Assembly: GCA_951406725.2 (NCBI GenBank)
Contig: OX597814.1
Coordinates: forward strand, 185,008,001 to 185,072,000
Reading direction: 5' to 3'
Length of the DNA: 64,000 nucleotides
Origin: Octopus vulgaris
Lineage: Eukaryota
Shown here: in pieces, positions 26,749-40,407 of the stretch
Layout: every line of letters begins with the position of its first letter
Numbering within the stretch: position 1 is the stretch's first letter
Made by a program: the position numbers and the translations under genes
The notes under the pieces: model-generated
Told to the model about the DNA's origin: nothing
Database searches by the model: none
Seen by the model: the letters and a program-made list of their open reading frames with translations, nothing else

Positions 26749-27020
26749 TCTATGATTTTTCAATGTTTTTCCAACGCTTGGTTTGTTACTATGGAAACAG
26801 GCACCTATATGTCTGTGGCTTTCGATTGGCTAAAATTACCCGACATTTGAAAATTTTAAAAGTTATTAACTGTTTATTTATTGATTTATGACGAAAATAA
26901 ATTTCATATCAATAATGAGCATACAAAACTACTCTAAATATCAAGTCAATTAAAACAAAATTGAAGAAATTAGGAAGTAGCAACCAAACTGAAAAGACCC
27001 AAGTGCTGTCTTCCAGTAAG

Positions 27021-27618
27021 ATTATTCTTTTCCACTCTAGGCACAAGGCACGAAATTTTTGATCAACTCCAGTATGCAACTGGTACTTATTTTATCGACT
27101 CTGAAAGGATGAAAGGCAAAAACGACCTCGGAGGAATTTGAACTCAGAACATAAAGGCAGACGAAATACTTATTTCATTACTACTCACAAGGGGCTAAAC
27201 ACAGAGGAGACAAGCAAGGACAGACAGGAGGATTAAGTCGATTATATCGACTCCAGTGCAAAACTGGTAATTATTTAATCGACCCCGAAAGGATGAAAGG
27301 CAAAGTCGACCTCGGCGGAATTTGAACTCAGAACGTAATGGCAGACGAAATACCGCTACGCATTTCGCCCGGCGCGCTAACGATTCTTTTTTTTTTTTTT
27401 TGCCCACAAGGGGCTAAACATACAGGGGACAAACAAGGGCAGACAAAGGAATTAAGTCGATTACATCGACGCCGGTGCGTAACTCGTACTTAATTTATCG
27501 ACCCTGAAAGGATGAAAGTCAAAGTCGACCTCGGTGAAATTTGAACTCAGAAAGTAACGGCAGACGAAATACCGCTAAGTATTTCGCCCGGCGTGCTAAC
27601 GATTCTGCCAGCTTGCTG
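27021..27618 (-). mobile_element. SINE family B, multimer of about three body units
   Basis: GAAAGGATGAAAG..AAA..CGACCTCGG...GAACTCAGAA occurs three times. Confidence 0.9.
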
Positions 27619-28028
27619 CTTTATGTCCTCCAGTAATAAGTTTATAGAAAGAGTGAATATAGCCAGATTGACCTGAGCGAATGGACCTTCACTGAGCATG
27701 CGCCTGTAGGGTGAAAAATGCGAAATAGAAAGAAGCATTTGCCATAGCATTGCCTGAGGATCAGGGTGACACGAGATCTGTAGGGTTCTTTGGTTGCCCC
27801 ATGTTGGCAAATCCCTTGTACCAAGGAAATTTTTGTCATAAATGTCTGGTTAGTTTTTGTTTTTATTATTTACACGTATCTGTAAAACACCACCGTCCTT
27901 TGTCATTCTATTGCCCTAAATATCTTTCTATGCGGCCTTTATGGCCAATGAAGAAACTACTACTACTACTACTACTACTACTTGCACCACCACCACCATC
28001 ACCTCCAACACTACTATTATTATTATGA

Positions 28029-28248
28029 AAGGCGGCGAGCTGGCAGAATCGTTAGCATGCCGGGCAAAATACTAAGCGGCATTTCGTGTCTTAATGTTCT
28101 GAGTTCAAATTCCACCGAGGTCGACTTTACCTTTCATCCCTTCGAGGTCGATAAAATATGTACCAGTTGAACACTGGGGTCGATGTAATCGACTCATCCT
28201 CTTCCCTCTCCAAAAAAATGACTACCCTTGTGGCGAAATTTGAAACCA
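28029..28248 (+). mobile_element. SINE family B
   Basis: AAGGCGGCGAGCTGGCAGAATCGTTAGC head, GAGTTCAAATTCC box B. Confidence 0.9.
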
Positions 28249-28273
28249 TTATTATTATTATTATTATTATTAT

Positions 28274-28400
28274 TGAGTGAGAGAGCAGTGTATGCCATCA
28301 AAGTAAAAATATATGAAGCCCAGTATACCCATCATGACTACCCGTCTGATAAGGGTACACCAGGCAGATGCATCACAACCATATGTGCGCGACATGGTGT
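28274..28400 (-). mobile_element. Family C element, 3' end only, in (ATT/ATC)n
   Basis: GAGTGAGAGAGCAGTG...GCGCGACATGGTG between trinucleotide tracts. Confidence 0.85.
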
Positions 28401-28455
28401 ATCATTATTATTATCATCATCATCATCATCATCATCATTATTATTATCATTATTA

Positions 28456-28514
<59 letters not shown>

Positions 28515-28537
28515 CATCATCATCATCATCATCATCA

Positions 28538-28682
<145 letters not shown>

Positions 28683-29235
28683 CATTATTATTATCTGTTG
28701 CCTGAATATCAGATGATAGGTTTCAGAGTTAATCAGCTGATTAGAATTGCAGTCTTCAAACGATTGTCGCTATGACTATCGCCCTAGCAACTTCTTCCTT
28801 TAAAGACAAGAATTTTCATTTCATCCTTCTATTGACGTAATAGCAGGAAAATCATTAACGCAAGTTTACATTTCACTTTGTTCCAATGACCAACTGTGCA
28901 AACTTTGGACACTCAGATAGGATAGGTTGAATGTATTAACATGTTAAAGTTCATCATTGTTTGGCCAAACGTAAGCTGTATGTTTAACTATATGTTGTGT
29001 TTGTAAATAGTACAATCGGTTTTTAAATAGTACTGGCATGATTGTGCGGTTAAGATGTCTTTTCTCAACCACGCGGTTCGGAACTAATTCTGTTGTATAA
29101 CTTATATATATATCATGTGAGTGAAATTTAGTAGGCGAAACACGTAGGAGACCGTCATGTGCATATATGTGCGTACGTATGGATGTGTGTGTGTGTAAGC
29201 ATGTGTGTACGTATGTATGTATGTGTATACATACA

Positions 29236-29400
29236 GGTGCAGGAGTGGCTGTGTGGTAAGTAGCTTGCTTGCCAACCACATGGTTCCTGGTTCAGTCCCA
29301 CTGCGTGGCACTTTGGGCAAGTGTCTTCTACTATAGTCTCGGGCCGACCAAAGCCTTGTAAATGGATTTGGTAAACAGAAACTGAAAGAATCCTGTCGTA

Positions 29401-29434
<34 letters not shown>

Positions 29435-29670
29435 GGTATGTATGTATGTGTGTGTATATGTTTGTGTGTCTGTGTTTGTCCCCCCCCCCCCTCAACATCG
29501 CTTGACAACCGACGGTGGTATGTTTACGTCCCCGTAACTTAGCGGTTCGGCAAAAGAGACCGATAGAATAAGTACTAGGCTTACAAAGAATAAGTCCTGG
29601 ACTCGATTTGCTCGACTAAAGGCGGTGCTCCAGCATGGCCGCAGTCAAATGACTGAAGCAAGTAAAAGAG
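29236..29670 (+). mobile_element. SINE family A, full length
   Basis: Complete head, internal microsatellite and tail. Confidence 0.92.
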
Positions 29671-29989
29671 GGTAAAAAAAGAGAGAATTTATGCATACAT
29701 ATATATATATATATATCATATATATATATATATATATATAATATATGTATATATATCATATATGTATATATATGTGTATGTGTGTGTATGTGTGTGTGTA
29801 TGTGTGTGTGCGTGTATGTATATACACTGGGCAGTGTTTGAGCTAATTTTGACGACTTCTTATTCTCCTCTTTACCAGGAACGGTTGATGTACGGGGGAG
29901 AAGTCAGCCAATCAACGGCATTTTCGGGCATAAAGATTAAAGTTGTAGTTGAGAAAAAGTTAGTTTATATGGAGGACTTGAAGCCATCT

Positions 29990-30600
29990 GAGTCCTGGAA
30001 AACAGTTACATGTATCATGAAGATTCAAGCTTGATGTCAAAATGTCAGTAATATAATCGTTGCTCAATGTTCTGTGAACTCTTCAAAGGCTGTAAAACGT
30101 GATATAGTCATCATGAAAACCAAGTTCTCCCAAACTGGAACGGTCTTTGTGTGTGTCTTCAGGAAGGGTGACATCATGCCGTCCCACCTCTAGGAATAGA
30201 AACTTTGTCTCAATTCAGATGGTATGTGAAGCTGCTGGAGATTGTTGCCAAATCCTGGCTGAAGAGGATTGCCACTGGAAGGCCATATGTGTGGAAGAAG
30301 GATTAGGCTCCTTGCCATACCTCCGGCAAGAGTCAGAAGTGTTTATCGCAGATATTCTACTTCACCCGCCCTATTTATGGCCGACTACCAACTCCTGTTA
30401 TATTCCCATAAATTATTATGTTTAGGGTGCGGTTGAGAAAGATACCAGCCATTCTTCCTGCAATACCAAAGCCGAGCTGGTGACTAAGATCAAGGAGTTG
30501 TTCGAAGATCTTCCCAGAGCCTCAGAAAGGAATGCATGCGCCAGTTTCTGGAGTTGTCTTCAGGTTGGGGTTGAAGATGAGTCTATCTACTTTGAATAAA
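29990..30600 (+). mobile_element. maT/DD37D-type Tc1-mariner transposase relic
   Basis: YVKLLEIVAKSWLKRIATGRPYVWKKD*APCHTSGKSQK...WP...NYYV*GAVEKDT...NTKAELVTKIKE...RNACASF...YFE*, matching the QQDxAPxH and WPPxSPDxNPxDY regions, degraded. Confidence 0.8.
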
Positions 30601-30724
30601 CCGTGATCTCCCAGCAAGAGACAAGTTGAGATTTAATACTTTTATTTTGGGAAGGGATATTAAGTTTCCTCTTCCTTTTGTGCAAAGTGAGAAAGTCAAC
30701 CCGAGCACACACACACTCACACGC

Positions 30725-30759
<35 letters not shown>

Positions 30760-31059
30760 CACATGATAAAAATAGATGTGTGTGTGTGTGTGCATGTATT
30801 GTGTCCGCTTATCTGAAGAAATACTACAGCGTCGATATAAAAACTAAAAGCTAATTCTTGTGTAAAATTTCACGACAAAGACAATGAAAGTGGTCCCAAG
30901 TCTTTAGCAGCACTCTGAAGGGAGCTACTGCTCCCTTTCCAACATGTACAAAATCGCATTTCAAAAATAAATAAAAGTTCTATGGGAGAAAATTTTTAAA
31001 GGATTAAAATATGCCACTTCCAAATTAACAATCAATAAATAAATCTGCACCTTGGTCAG

Positions 31060-32116
31060 CTTGGTTGAGGAACGTATTGAAAAAGTTTCTCCAAGTATAC
31101 TTTAAATTGCACAAATGCTGCTTGATTGTGCAAAAGAGCAGTCATGGCAGCAAAGAACGTTATTATGAATATTTTAAATGAAAGACTTGAGAAGATTTTA
31201 CCAGGAAACGAACATACTTAAATCTATAGAAACTGTTATGAATGAATCGGAAATAGTCAATTATCTGGTTGAGTTCTTAAACTCACTGCAGCCACCGGGC
31301 GCTCCTCCTTATTGCCTTCCATTGAAAATAGGCGCTCCAATCATGCTTCTACACAATCTTTCTCAACCGAAGCTATGCAATGACACAAGACTTGTTGTCA
31401 AGAAATTAATAAGAAATGTCAAACAGGCCACAAGAATTTCTAGCTGTAGAAAAGGTGAAGATGTTTTTATTCCTCGCTTACCTTTAATACCTTCCGATAT
31501 GCCCTTCGACTTCAAATGACTTCAATTTCCAAGCATCTGTATTTGGAAGTTGTTGGTTTGCAATTAGAAGAGGGCTGTTTCTCACACAGTCAGTTACATA
31601 TTGGGACAGCCAGAGTGGGGAGCAAGAACAATCTTTTCATATTTTCTCCGACTGGTAAAAACAGAAACATTGACTATAAGGAAATTTTTACCATGAAATC
31701 AAAAAACTAAAATTTGCAGAATGTTTTATAACTTTGAATTGTCAGCGTCACACTATATTCGTCTAAGAAAAGCGATTTCTATTTTTGTTTGTTGTAATAC
31801 CTAAGTTCAATAAATTATAGCACATATGTTTTCAGTTTTCCCCCGAACCTTTATATATTTATCTTGTACTAGACATAAGCCAAGGTCTGAGCGATGTTTG
31901 ATTCATTTATAGACTGAAATACTATAGATCATAGATCAGAAGTTTATATGCATCCATGATAATATTGTCCAGAAGAAAACAGCTCTATTGTCTACATGAA
32001 AGCTAACAACCATTTCTTATATATGTTCAATACAATCTAAGTGAATAACTTTCAATATTCATAACACAATTTTGGCAGCTCTTTTCAACTCAGTCAATGA
32101 CGGGTGTTTCTTCTAG
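31060..32116 (+). mobile_element. Helitron relic: C-terminal PIF1-type helicase pseudogene and 3' terminus
   Basis: [85 protein letters not shown]. Degenerate hairpin ACTCAGTC-AAT-GACGGGT followed by CTAG|T at 32113-32117. Confidence 0.88.
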
Positions 32117-32179
<63 letters not shown>

Positions 32180-32183
<4 letters not shown>

Positions 32184-32668
32184 AACTTATAAACAAGGGC
32201 AAAATAAAAAAAGTTTTAATGCCAAATATGCCGCAACTAGACACATCGTCCATAACCATATAATACATCACTATAATCACGTATTTCGAAGAAAGCCGAC
32301 AGAAATTTCTAAAAGATTCCGTTATTACCATATCGGACCCGATTTCAGAGTTAATTCATAAGAACCTTTTCTTCGTCAGTGATAAATGTGGCAAAGGAAT
32401 AAATGAAATACTTACTCATACCCATGGAAGAAGCAAACACCACGTCATGAGCACAATTAAGTACCCCGAATATATCCAAAATAGAAATTCTCCAGCCCAT
32501 TCGAGACACGTGCGATTCGAACTGAAAACTTTCACAGAGTGAGAGAGTCCGGAAGTGAATTTAAAGGTTAAATTTATAAACAATTGTTTAAAAATTTAAC
32601 CTTTAAAGGCATTTTTTAATATGCTGGCCATTGATAAAATTTTTTCGAAAAATTTTATCCTATATTAG

Positions 32669-32672
<4 letters not shown>
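32180..32672 (-). mobile_element. TA-embedded probable PLE terminal repeat (family J) with degenerate HHR and inverted terminal segment
   Basis: Shares sequence with 45820-46060. Reverse strand 32331-32384 reads TATCA-CTGACGAA-G...T-GAAATCGGGTC-CGATA. Palindrome at 32559-32606. Confidence 0.55.
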
Positions 32673-32727
<55 letters not shown>

Positions 32728-34230
32728 TGTGTGTGTGTGTGTTGTATGTATATGTATATATATATATACATTCACATATGACGGGTTTCCATACAGTTTC
32801 TGTCTATTAAATTCCCTCACAAAACCGCTGATTTAGTAGAATGTTTGTATGTAAATGTATATACATACAACATTTCTTAAAACTATTCCATCCAAATTTT
32901 TTGATATAGTGTTCAAGAGTATGGGATAAAAAATATTTTAAACTCTGCAGTAGATTTTAAATTTCGGCGTTTTTTTTTTTTTTTCCAAAAAATATCTACA
33001 ATTTATTACTAATTTTAACTCCTATATTCACCATTTTCTTTTTTTTTTTTCACGCATTCAAATTATTTCTTTCAATTCTCTCTCTGGTTCACTAACAGCA
33101 AACACTTTATCTGGAAAAGGAATCAAAAACCGAATAAAGGAAAAAAAATAAATAAAGATAGAAAAAGAGAGAAATTATAAACCATATTCGTATTTACTTA
33201 AATCTAGGAAATATAAAATCCAGCTGAAATCACTTAGTTTGCAGACACATGCATAAGAAGTATGCATTCACTCTACTCTATGTCGAGATTAAACCATACA
33301 AGATTAAAATCGTGCCTCTCTTAGAAAGAAAATATATTTTAAATGAATTTGAAAAGAATTGAATAATAATTATGTTTCATAGTTTACGGTTTCAAGGAAG
33401 GTTTCGGTTTTCAAATACTTTAAATATTTGCAATTATCAGCAATGAGCTGAATTTCTTTGATGATATGGAGTGTTGGATAAAATGCAGTATTTTCTTTTT
33501 CATGGAATGATGCTGAGAAAAGCAGACTCACATACAAAGCTAATTTTTTTTAAGCTAACAAAGTTATGTAGGGTTTGTTATTATCTGCCATTTTGTGGCG
33601 TTGAGCAGATGAAAGATATAAAGTATATTGGTCTCTCATAGATTGTTTTCTCCGACAAAATAAAAACATTAGCCATAAGTACAGATCAACAAAACATTCA
33701 CCATCGATGTAAGAGCACTTTTCTGCTTGCAATGGTGAATTACACTACATAATTCGCATATTTCCGTCTAGATAGTCTTAGCGTTAAGAGTTACGCATTT
33801 CAGCTATAGACATATTACAATATTGGATCAAGGAGACACAGTTTCTCCTGGACCTAGATCGCAGTCCTTACCCACGTATATTAAAGTTACGCTCCATAAA
33901 TTTCAGTTCATATTTTCTCCATTGTTTTTCTTCCTATTTGTGTAACTTATCCTGCTTTTATACTTTTCACTGTAGATGTTCCTTGGCTTGTAAATAAAGC
34001 ATTTCATACTGTTATGTGTTTGTAGTAATAAAGTGTTCACACGTCAATGCACAAATTTTTAGATACTTATAAAACTTATCAGAAACAGAAGCCGCTTATA
34101 TCTGTAAAGAATACAAATGATAGTTATGCCTAGAATGCCTTCTTTGATCATAGCCTTGCTCTATCAAGGCTGGCCTGGTGTTAGACAACAACACTAACAA
34201 ATGTTATTTTTCCATTTAGAAAGATTATGT

Positions 34231-34642
34231 AGGCGGAGAGCTGGCAGAAACTTTAGCACGCCGGGCGAAATGCTTAGCAGTATTTCACCTGCTGCTACGT
34301 TCTAAGTTCAAATTCCGCCGAGGTCGACTTTGCCTTTGATCCTTTCGGGGTCGATAAATTAAGTACCAGTTACGCACTGGAGTCGATGTAATCAACTTAA
34401 TCCATTTGTCTGTCCTTGTTTGTCCCCTCTAGCCCCTTGTGGGCAATAAGGAAATAGGTATTTTGTCTGCCGCTACGTTCTGAGTTCAAATTCCGCCGAG
34501 GTCGACTTTGCCTTTCATCCTTTCGGGGTCGATTAAATAAGTACCAGTTATGCACTGGGGTCGATATAACTGTCTTAATCCGTTTGTCTGTCCTTGTTTG
34601 TCCTCTCTGTGTTTAGCCCCTTGTGGGCAGTAAAAAAATAGA
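34231..34642 (+). mobile_element. SINE family B, dimeric, with TSD
   Basis: AAAGATTATGTAGG at 34220-34233 and 34643-34656; two body units. Confidence 0.92.
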
Positions 34643-34819
34643 AAAGATTATGTAGGTGTGTATCATTTATTCTATATTTCTTGATGCTGTTTACCTTCAA
34701 CTCTCTTCTAACCGTAAAAAAATTATGCAACGAATGGTACTTCAGCTAGTACAGTTATATCATTTTTAGTTTTGTAGTATCGCCACTATTTATGACGATT
34801 TTCGTTTATGCTATAATCG

Positions 34820-35612
34820 TGTAGTAACAATAAAATATATAACGAAGCTGGGTAACAACAACGTAAGAGTCCAACAAATCCTCCGCGAACTATACACGAA
34901 CCGACAAACGATATTCCGCACTCAGACCGCTATTATTTACAGCCAAGTGTATTCTCGCAGGGTATGTAGTGACTCTCACCACAACATCTCTCCTTTTGAG
35001 ATTTCGATTTCCGTAGGAAACGAAATTTATTTCATCATTTTTACCCCTTCTTCCCTACATCTCTCCCTTTTGAAATTTTGCTTCCCTAGGGAGTTCAATA
35101 CCTTTTCCGCTTAGGAATTATTTCTAAAAGTTCAGTCTGTTTACGTTTTCTGTTACTGCTCCTTCTATGCTCAATCTCTTTCGGTGCTGCCACATCGAAC
35201 ATGTAAAACACTTCTATTGGAATTTCCTTCCTTTCTTCCGTATGTCTGATTTTTGATTGATTTAGGTATTGCTTATGCTTCCATCGTTGACCGTTTATTA
35301 AATACATCATGTTTCCAATTATTTTAGTCATTACACCATCCTGCCAACGCTCTTTACTTGTATACTTTGAATTAGACTTTGTCTCCGACGTCAAAAGGTT
35401 TAGTTGAATTTTTTGTATTTTCTCTGTACAATTTTTCCTCTGGCAACAATTTGACAGAGATTGATTTAATATTTCGAACGAACATTAGCTCTGCAGGTGA
35501 TTTGCCGGAACTGGTATCCGGATTGGGTGTTATTCTGTACACTCTTAAGAATTTAGCACTTCGTCATTTCTTAACTCGTTCCTTGCTTTTTTAGCGTTTG
35601 CTTGAAAGTATC
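34820..35612 (-). mobile_element. Ty3/Gypsy LTR retrotransposon 3' end: integrase C-terminus, PPT and candidate ~167-bp LTR (34820-34986)
   Basis: Reverse strand FLRVYRITPNPDTSSGKSPAELMFVRNIKS..KLLP..FDVGDKV..WQDGVMTKIIGNMMYLI; PPT AAAAGGAGAGA then TGTTGT...ACTACA. Confidence 0.82.
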
Positions 35613-36456
35613 TACGAATCGTATGCTGTGTGCATCTGGTAGCAGTTTTGAATGGAATAGCTACTAATATTGCTTATGATGATGATTATATATGTAATCA
35701 TGTATGCATGTATACATTGTGTAGGCATGCATTGTGCATGTATGTTTGTATGCATGTATGGATGTTTGTAGGGATGTATATATTCATGCATCAATGTACG
35801 TACGCATAAAGTGAAGTCAAAACAGTAAAATTCAACACAGAAAGAAGTACGCAACAACAACAAAAAAAACTACCATGGATACTATATTAGTTGTGCTCTA
35901 GACATGAATGTGAAAACCCCTCTGCTGTTTCGGACGTGAGTCTTTCTTCCAAAAGGGGAAAAAAAAAGATGAAAAGAAAATTGGGGACAATGAGAGAGGA
36001 AAAAATGGAAAGAGAGAGAATACGTTAAAGAAAAATACATGGAAATTTGCCGGAGATTGCCGCAAAAGAATATTCATTGTGATCCAGGCGCGGATCCAAA
36101 TTAGCGTTCCCAGGTTGAGATCAAAGTTGGAGTTTATAGCAATATCTAATAATATTAATAGCTGAAAGAGATTAAAGTAGTTTAATGCTGGTTCTGTTGG
36201 TAAATTTCTGCTGTTGCAAGATCTGTTGCCAGTCACATACGCACTTGAATCCACTTACAAGTGTCTTAGCTATGATAGTGTTGGGTTCTACGCAACATGG
36301 TCAGTGCGGAAATGATTTGATCAAAGACCTACTCAGTTTTTAGCGTTGATCAAAAACTAAACACCGTCCTTAATAAATTGGGTTTAAATTAAATGGAAGT
36401 CTTCAGATGTGTCTAGCGCAGAGAAGAGTCTGAAGTACGTGGGAGTGAGTGTGTGC

Positions 36457-36565
36457 ATGTGAATGAGTGTTTGTTTCTGTGTATGTGAATGAGTGTGTGT
36501 TTCTGTGTATGTGAATGAGTGTGTGATTCTGTGTATGTGAATGAGTGAGTGTTTCTGTGTATGTG
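36457..36565. repeat. 26-bp minisatellite x4 (ATGTGAATGAGTGTGTGTTTCTGTGT)
   Basis: Four tandem units. Confidence 0.85.
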
Positions 36566-36640
36566 TGTGCGTGTGTTTGCGTGATCAGATATTAGTCGGA
36601 CATAAACTTTGCCTTTTATTTTTTGCAAATTTTAAGGATT

Positions 36641-36649
36641 AAAGAAAAG

Positions 36650-36682
<33 letters not shown>

Positions 36683-36703
36683 AAGAAAGAAAGAAAGAAA
36701 GAG

Positions 36704-36786
<83 letters not shown>

Positions 36787-36790
36787 AAAA
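36641..36790. repeat. (GAAA)n microsatellite
   Basis: Direct tandem repeat. Confidence 0.95.
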
Positions 36791-37099
36791 TAGTAAAGAA
36801 AGACACGGGGAAGGAGAGACAGAGAGAATGAAGTATCGTATGTCTGAAGCATAATATCGTGGAAAGTGAAAGAGTTGAAATGCATTGTGTAAATAAACTT
36901 GGTAAAATAAACAAAATCTTCATTGTAATCATTGACGGAAGGGAAGAAATAAAAGATTTTTTTCTGGCCTCAAGTAAACTGCCAAGAACACACTCTTGAA
37001 ATTCCTTGTGAACAGCAGCTGTATAACAAGATGAAAGACCACTCGTAAATATATCACTGAGTAAACTCACATGTGATGATGTGTCGTCTGTGTATGGTT

Positions 37100-37500
37100 C
37101 TATGTATGTGTGTATGAATGTATGTGCTATAAATGTATTTATGTAAGTATGTGTTTACGTAAGTATGTGTTTACGTATGTATGTATGTATGTATGTATGT
37201 ATGTACGTACGTATGTATGTATGTATGTATGTGTGTGTGTGTATGTATGTATTTATGTATGTATGTATGTACGTATGTGTGTGTATGTATGTATGTATGT
37301 ATGTATGTATGTATGTGTGTGCGTGTACGTACGTATGTATGTATGTATGTATGTATTATGTACGTACGTACGTATGTATGTATGTATGTATGTATATTTG
37401 TATGTATATTTGTACGGATGTATGTATGTGTGCGTGCATGTGTATTTATCCATATGTGTATGTATACTTCTATCTACGAATGTATGTACGTAATGTATGA

Positions 37501-37531
<31 letters not shown>

Positions 37532-37597
37532 ATTCTGTGTAAGTGGGATATTGTTGGCTTGTATATTTCTATACATATACATGTGTGTGTATGTGAA

Positions 37598-37647
<50 letters not shown>

Positions 37648-37650
37648 GTG
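37100..37650. repeat. (TATG)n/(TG)n compound microsatellite
   Basis: Direct tandem repeats. Confidence 0.9.
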
Positions 37651-37895
37651 TGTGTAAGTGTATGTACTGGGTATTGTATACGCGTATGTGTATGTTCCTG
37701 TATTTCTGCTCTAGCTCCTGTTTGTTTATAGATATTTCAGTGTGTACACCATCGTATAATTCTATTTGATCAATATATACCCTTCTGTCTGTCTGTCTGT
37801 CTGTCTGTGTGCCTCTTTGTCTGTCAGTCTCTCTCTCTCTCTCGCTCGCTCGCTTTGTGTGTGTGTTTGTGTGTATATGCAAATTTTGATCTGTA

Positions 37896-38164
37896 TCTTC
37901 ATACATATGAATGTATAAAGAAAACCGTGTGTAAACCATGCATAGCTGCAAGGACATACGGCTGCACACATACATAAGACAAATAATTTACTTTTACGCA
38001 AATACCACACTTAATACAACAAACATACCTTTTGATCTCTTGTATAATCTACCATGGAACCAAGTCGAAATTTGCACCAAGCAGGTTTCTCACAAGCCTG
38101 GTCATTCATCAAAATTCAATAGAAAGTCGAATAGTGTTGTAAATTGACTGAAAGAAATTCCATG
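37896..38164. repeat. Non-microsatellite segment duplicated at 40504-40771
   Basis: About 265 bp colinear in the same orientation. Confidence 0.9.
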
Positions 38165-38659
38165 CTTTCACTTGATTACTCTGTGTAATAATGCATTCAG
38201 GCACCTTGCTCCACAGTGATGATGCCTTTCAATTTGGACCTGGCGATCTCCATTTCCAGCGACTTCGAGGGCTACCTCCCAGTGGTGCCTAGCGTCAACG
38301 AAGAGCCCTCGACTACAAGACGACCAAAGTTTTTTTTTTGCAAGGTCTGGGGTCTCCCGCCCCTAAGCCCTAAACCATCACTTAATCACACCTACCCGTC
38401 TTGTTGCTTAACAGCAACAACAACAACAAGAGTGATGATAGCATACCTACACTAATGAACTCTAATGAAATAATCCTCCGATTACTTATCGTTACGCAAT
38501 TATTACATTCAAAAGAAATCGGCAACTATTACTCAACAACATTTTCCTTTTTCCTTATTGTCCCAAAATATGTGATCCATACGCATATTTCAAATGTTTA
38601 TACAATTCAAAGCCTTCTAAATTGCAGTATTCGCCTTGAGAGAGTGTCTCTCATAGACG

Positions 38660-38894
38660 TATAGAGATCTTGTTAAATTTCTTTCAACCACTTGAAATAT
38701 TTCAGATTTTCACCATTTTTCTCAAAATTTCTACAGCTTTGTATACTGAGAACGAAAATGCTTGTAATTTTAGGAAAAATGATGAATGCAATTTTCGTCA
38801 TCAGCAAGCAAAACTACATCGAAATCATGCTTTTTGAAAATAATCCGGTGTGAATATTTCAAGTGGTTGGAAGAATTTTAACAAGACACACGTA
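38660..38894. mobile_element. MITE with ~34-bp TIRs
   Basis: TCTTGTTAAATTTCTTTCAACCACTTGAAATATT (38668-38701) vs AATATTTCAAGTGGTTGGAAGAATTTTAACAAGA (38853-38886). Confidence 0.7.
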
Positions 38895-39194
38895 AAGTGT
38901 TATAAACAATGACGAATATCAACAGCAGGCAACAAATACCGCAGTTTCAACATATATATTTCAACTATAGATACAGATTACTAATTTTTCTTTTATTTGG
39001 ATTTGGTCAGAGAGAGAAAAGCAGGATCATGATCCATTTTTTCTTTTTTTTTTTTTTTTACTTGTTTCAGTCATTTTGAACCTGGTGAAATGAAGAGAGG
39101 AATTTATCCTCAACCCTGTGATCTGGTTCGAGTGCTTGCAACAGAGAGAACACTGCTACCTAAGGACCAGGATGGTGGTGTGAAATAGCATGAC

Positions 39195-39440
39195 AGATTA
39201 AGTCTGCCACCCAAGAACTCAGAACGCAAACAGCTGGAACAAATACCGTAGGACATCTCATCCGACAAGCTAAACATTCCGTTAATCCACCACCCAGGGC
39301 TGGTACTTACGTTTTCAACTCCGAGCAGATGAAAGGCAAAGCTGACCTTGATGGGATTAAAACTCAGTACGCAGTGAACCGGAATAAATACTGTAAGATA
39401 TTTTGTCCTACGCTCCAATGACTTTGCCAGCTTGTCGCCA
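39195..39440 (-). mobile_element. SINE family B, old fragments
   Basis: CTGGTACTTA..GATGAAAGGCAAAG..AACTCAG..GCCAGCTTGTCGCC. Confidence 0.65.
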
Positions 39441-39703
39441 TACCAGCAGTAAGAACGTGGCGGTGGAGTCTTACGGGGTTGATCGACCGGCTACAGACGA
39501 CAACTAAATATCCTTCAAATCAAACATACTGTGTTCAACAAAGAATGATATACTGGATGATTTAGTCCTTACTAACTCAATAAAAGGCAAATTACATTGG
39601 TTTGAATGGCTCAGTGGTTAGCTCAATCAGGTTTTACCTGGGAGTCAAACTACAACAACAATCAATCATACCCGCAATGTTTTCTAGAAGTGCGCATATT
39701 ATA

Positions 39704-40100
39704 GGCGTAGGAGTGGCTGTGTGGTAAGTAGCTTGTTTACCAACCACATAGTTCCGGGTTCAGTCCCACTGCGTGGTACCTTGCGCAAGTGTCTTCTACT
39801 ATAGCCTCGGGCCGACCAAACCCTTGTGAGTGGATTTGGTAGACAGAAACTGAAAGACGCCCGTCGTATATATGTATATATATATAAGTGTATGTGTATG
39901 TTTGTTTGTGTTTGTCCCCCCAACATCGCTTGACAACCGATGCTGGTGTGTTTACGTCCCCGTAACTTAGCGGTTCGGCAAAACAGACCGATAGAATAAG
40001 TACTAGGTTTACAAAAAATAAATCCTGGGATCGATCTGCTTGACTTAAGGCGGTGCTCCAGCATGGCCGCAGTCAAATGACTGAAACAAGTAAAAGAGTA
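39704..40100 (+). mobile_element. SINE family A, full length
   Basis: Complete head and tail. Confidence 0.92.
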
Positions 40101-40142
40101 TTTGTGTGCAAGCGTGCAGCTATATATATGTGTGTGTGTTTG

Positions 40143-40337
40143 CGGACCCCCATAGCCATTCGATGGTTATAACCGAGTTTTACAGATACTTCTTTTAAAA
40201 TTTGTATTTTGTAATTCATCCATTTACTTCTATAGGCTGATCTATGTAAAACGCTTGAGAAAGAAATTTAGCCATTTGCAAAATTTTGCATGGACCCTCC
40301 TCCCCGGGATCATATGGACACTGTTTGAGAACCACTG
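40143..40337. mobile_element. hAT (Charlie-like) MITE end
   Basis: Ends TTGAGAACCACTG (reverse complement CAGTGGTTCTCAA) with subterminal GGACCC motifs; similar end TGGTTCTCAACTGG at 54208. Confidence 0.55.
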
Positions 40338-40407
40338 GTCTAGATGATTTTTTTTTTTTTTTACAAAGGTCACTTTTCCAAATCTTTGTCCCTTTGTGAA
40401 CAGGCAA

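Noticed and set aside
31178-31710. Host PIF1 helicase gene
   Set aside because: Intronless fragment with a stop, a deletion and a downstream hairpin-CTAG end, so a Helitron relic.
33740-34045. Possible solo LTR with two AATAAA signals
   Set aside because: No clear TG..CA boundaries or TSD.
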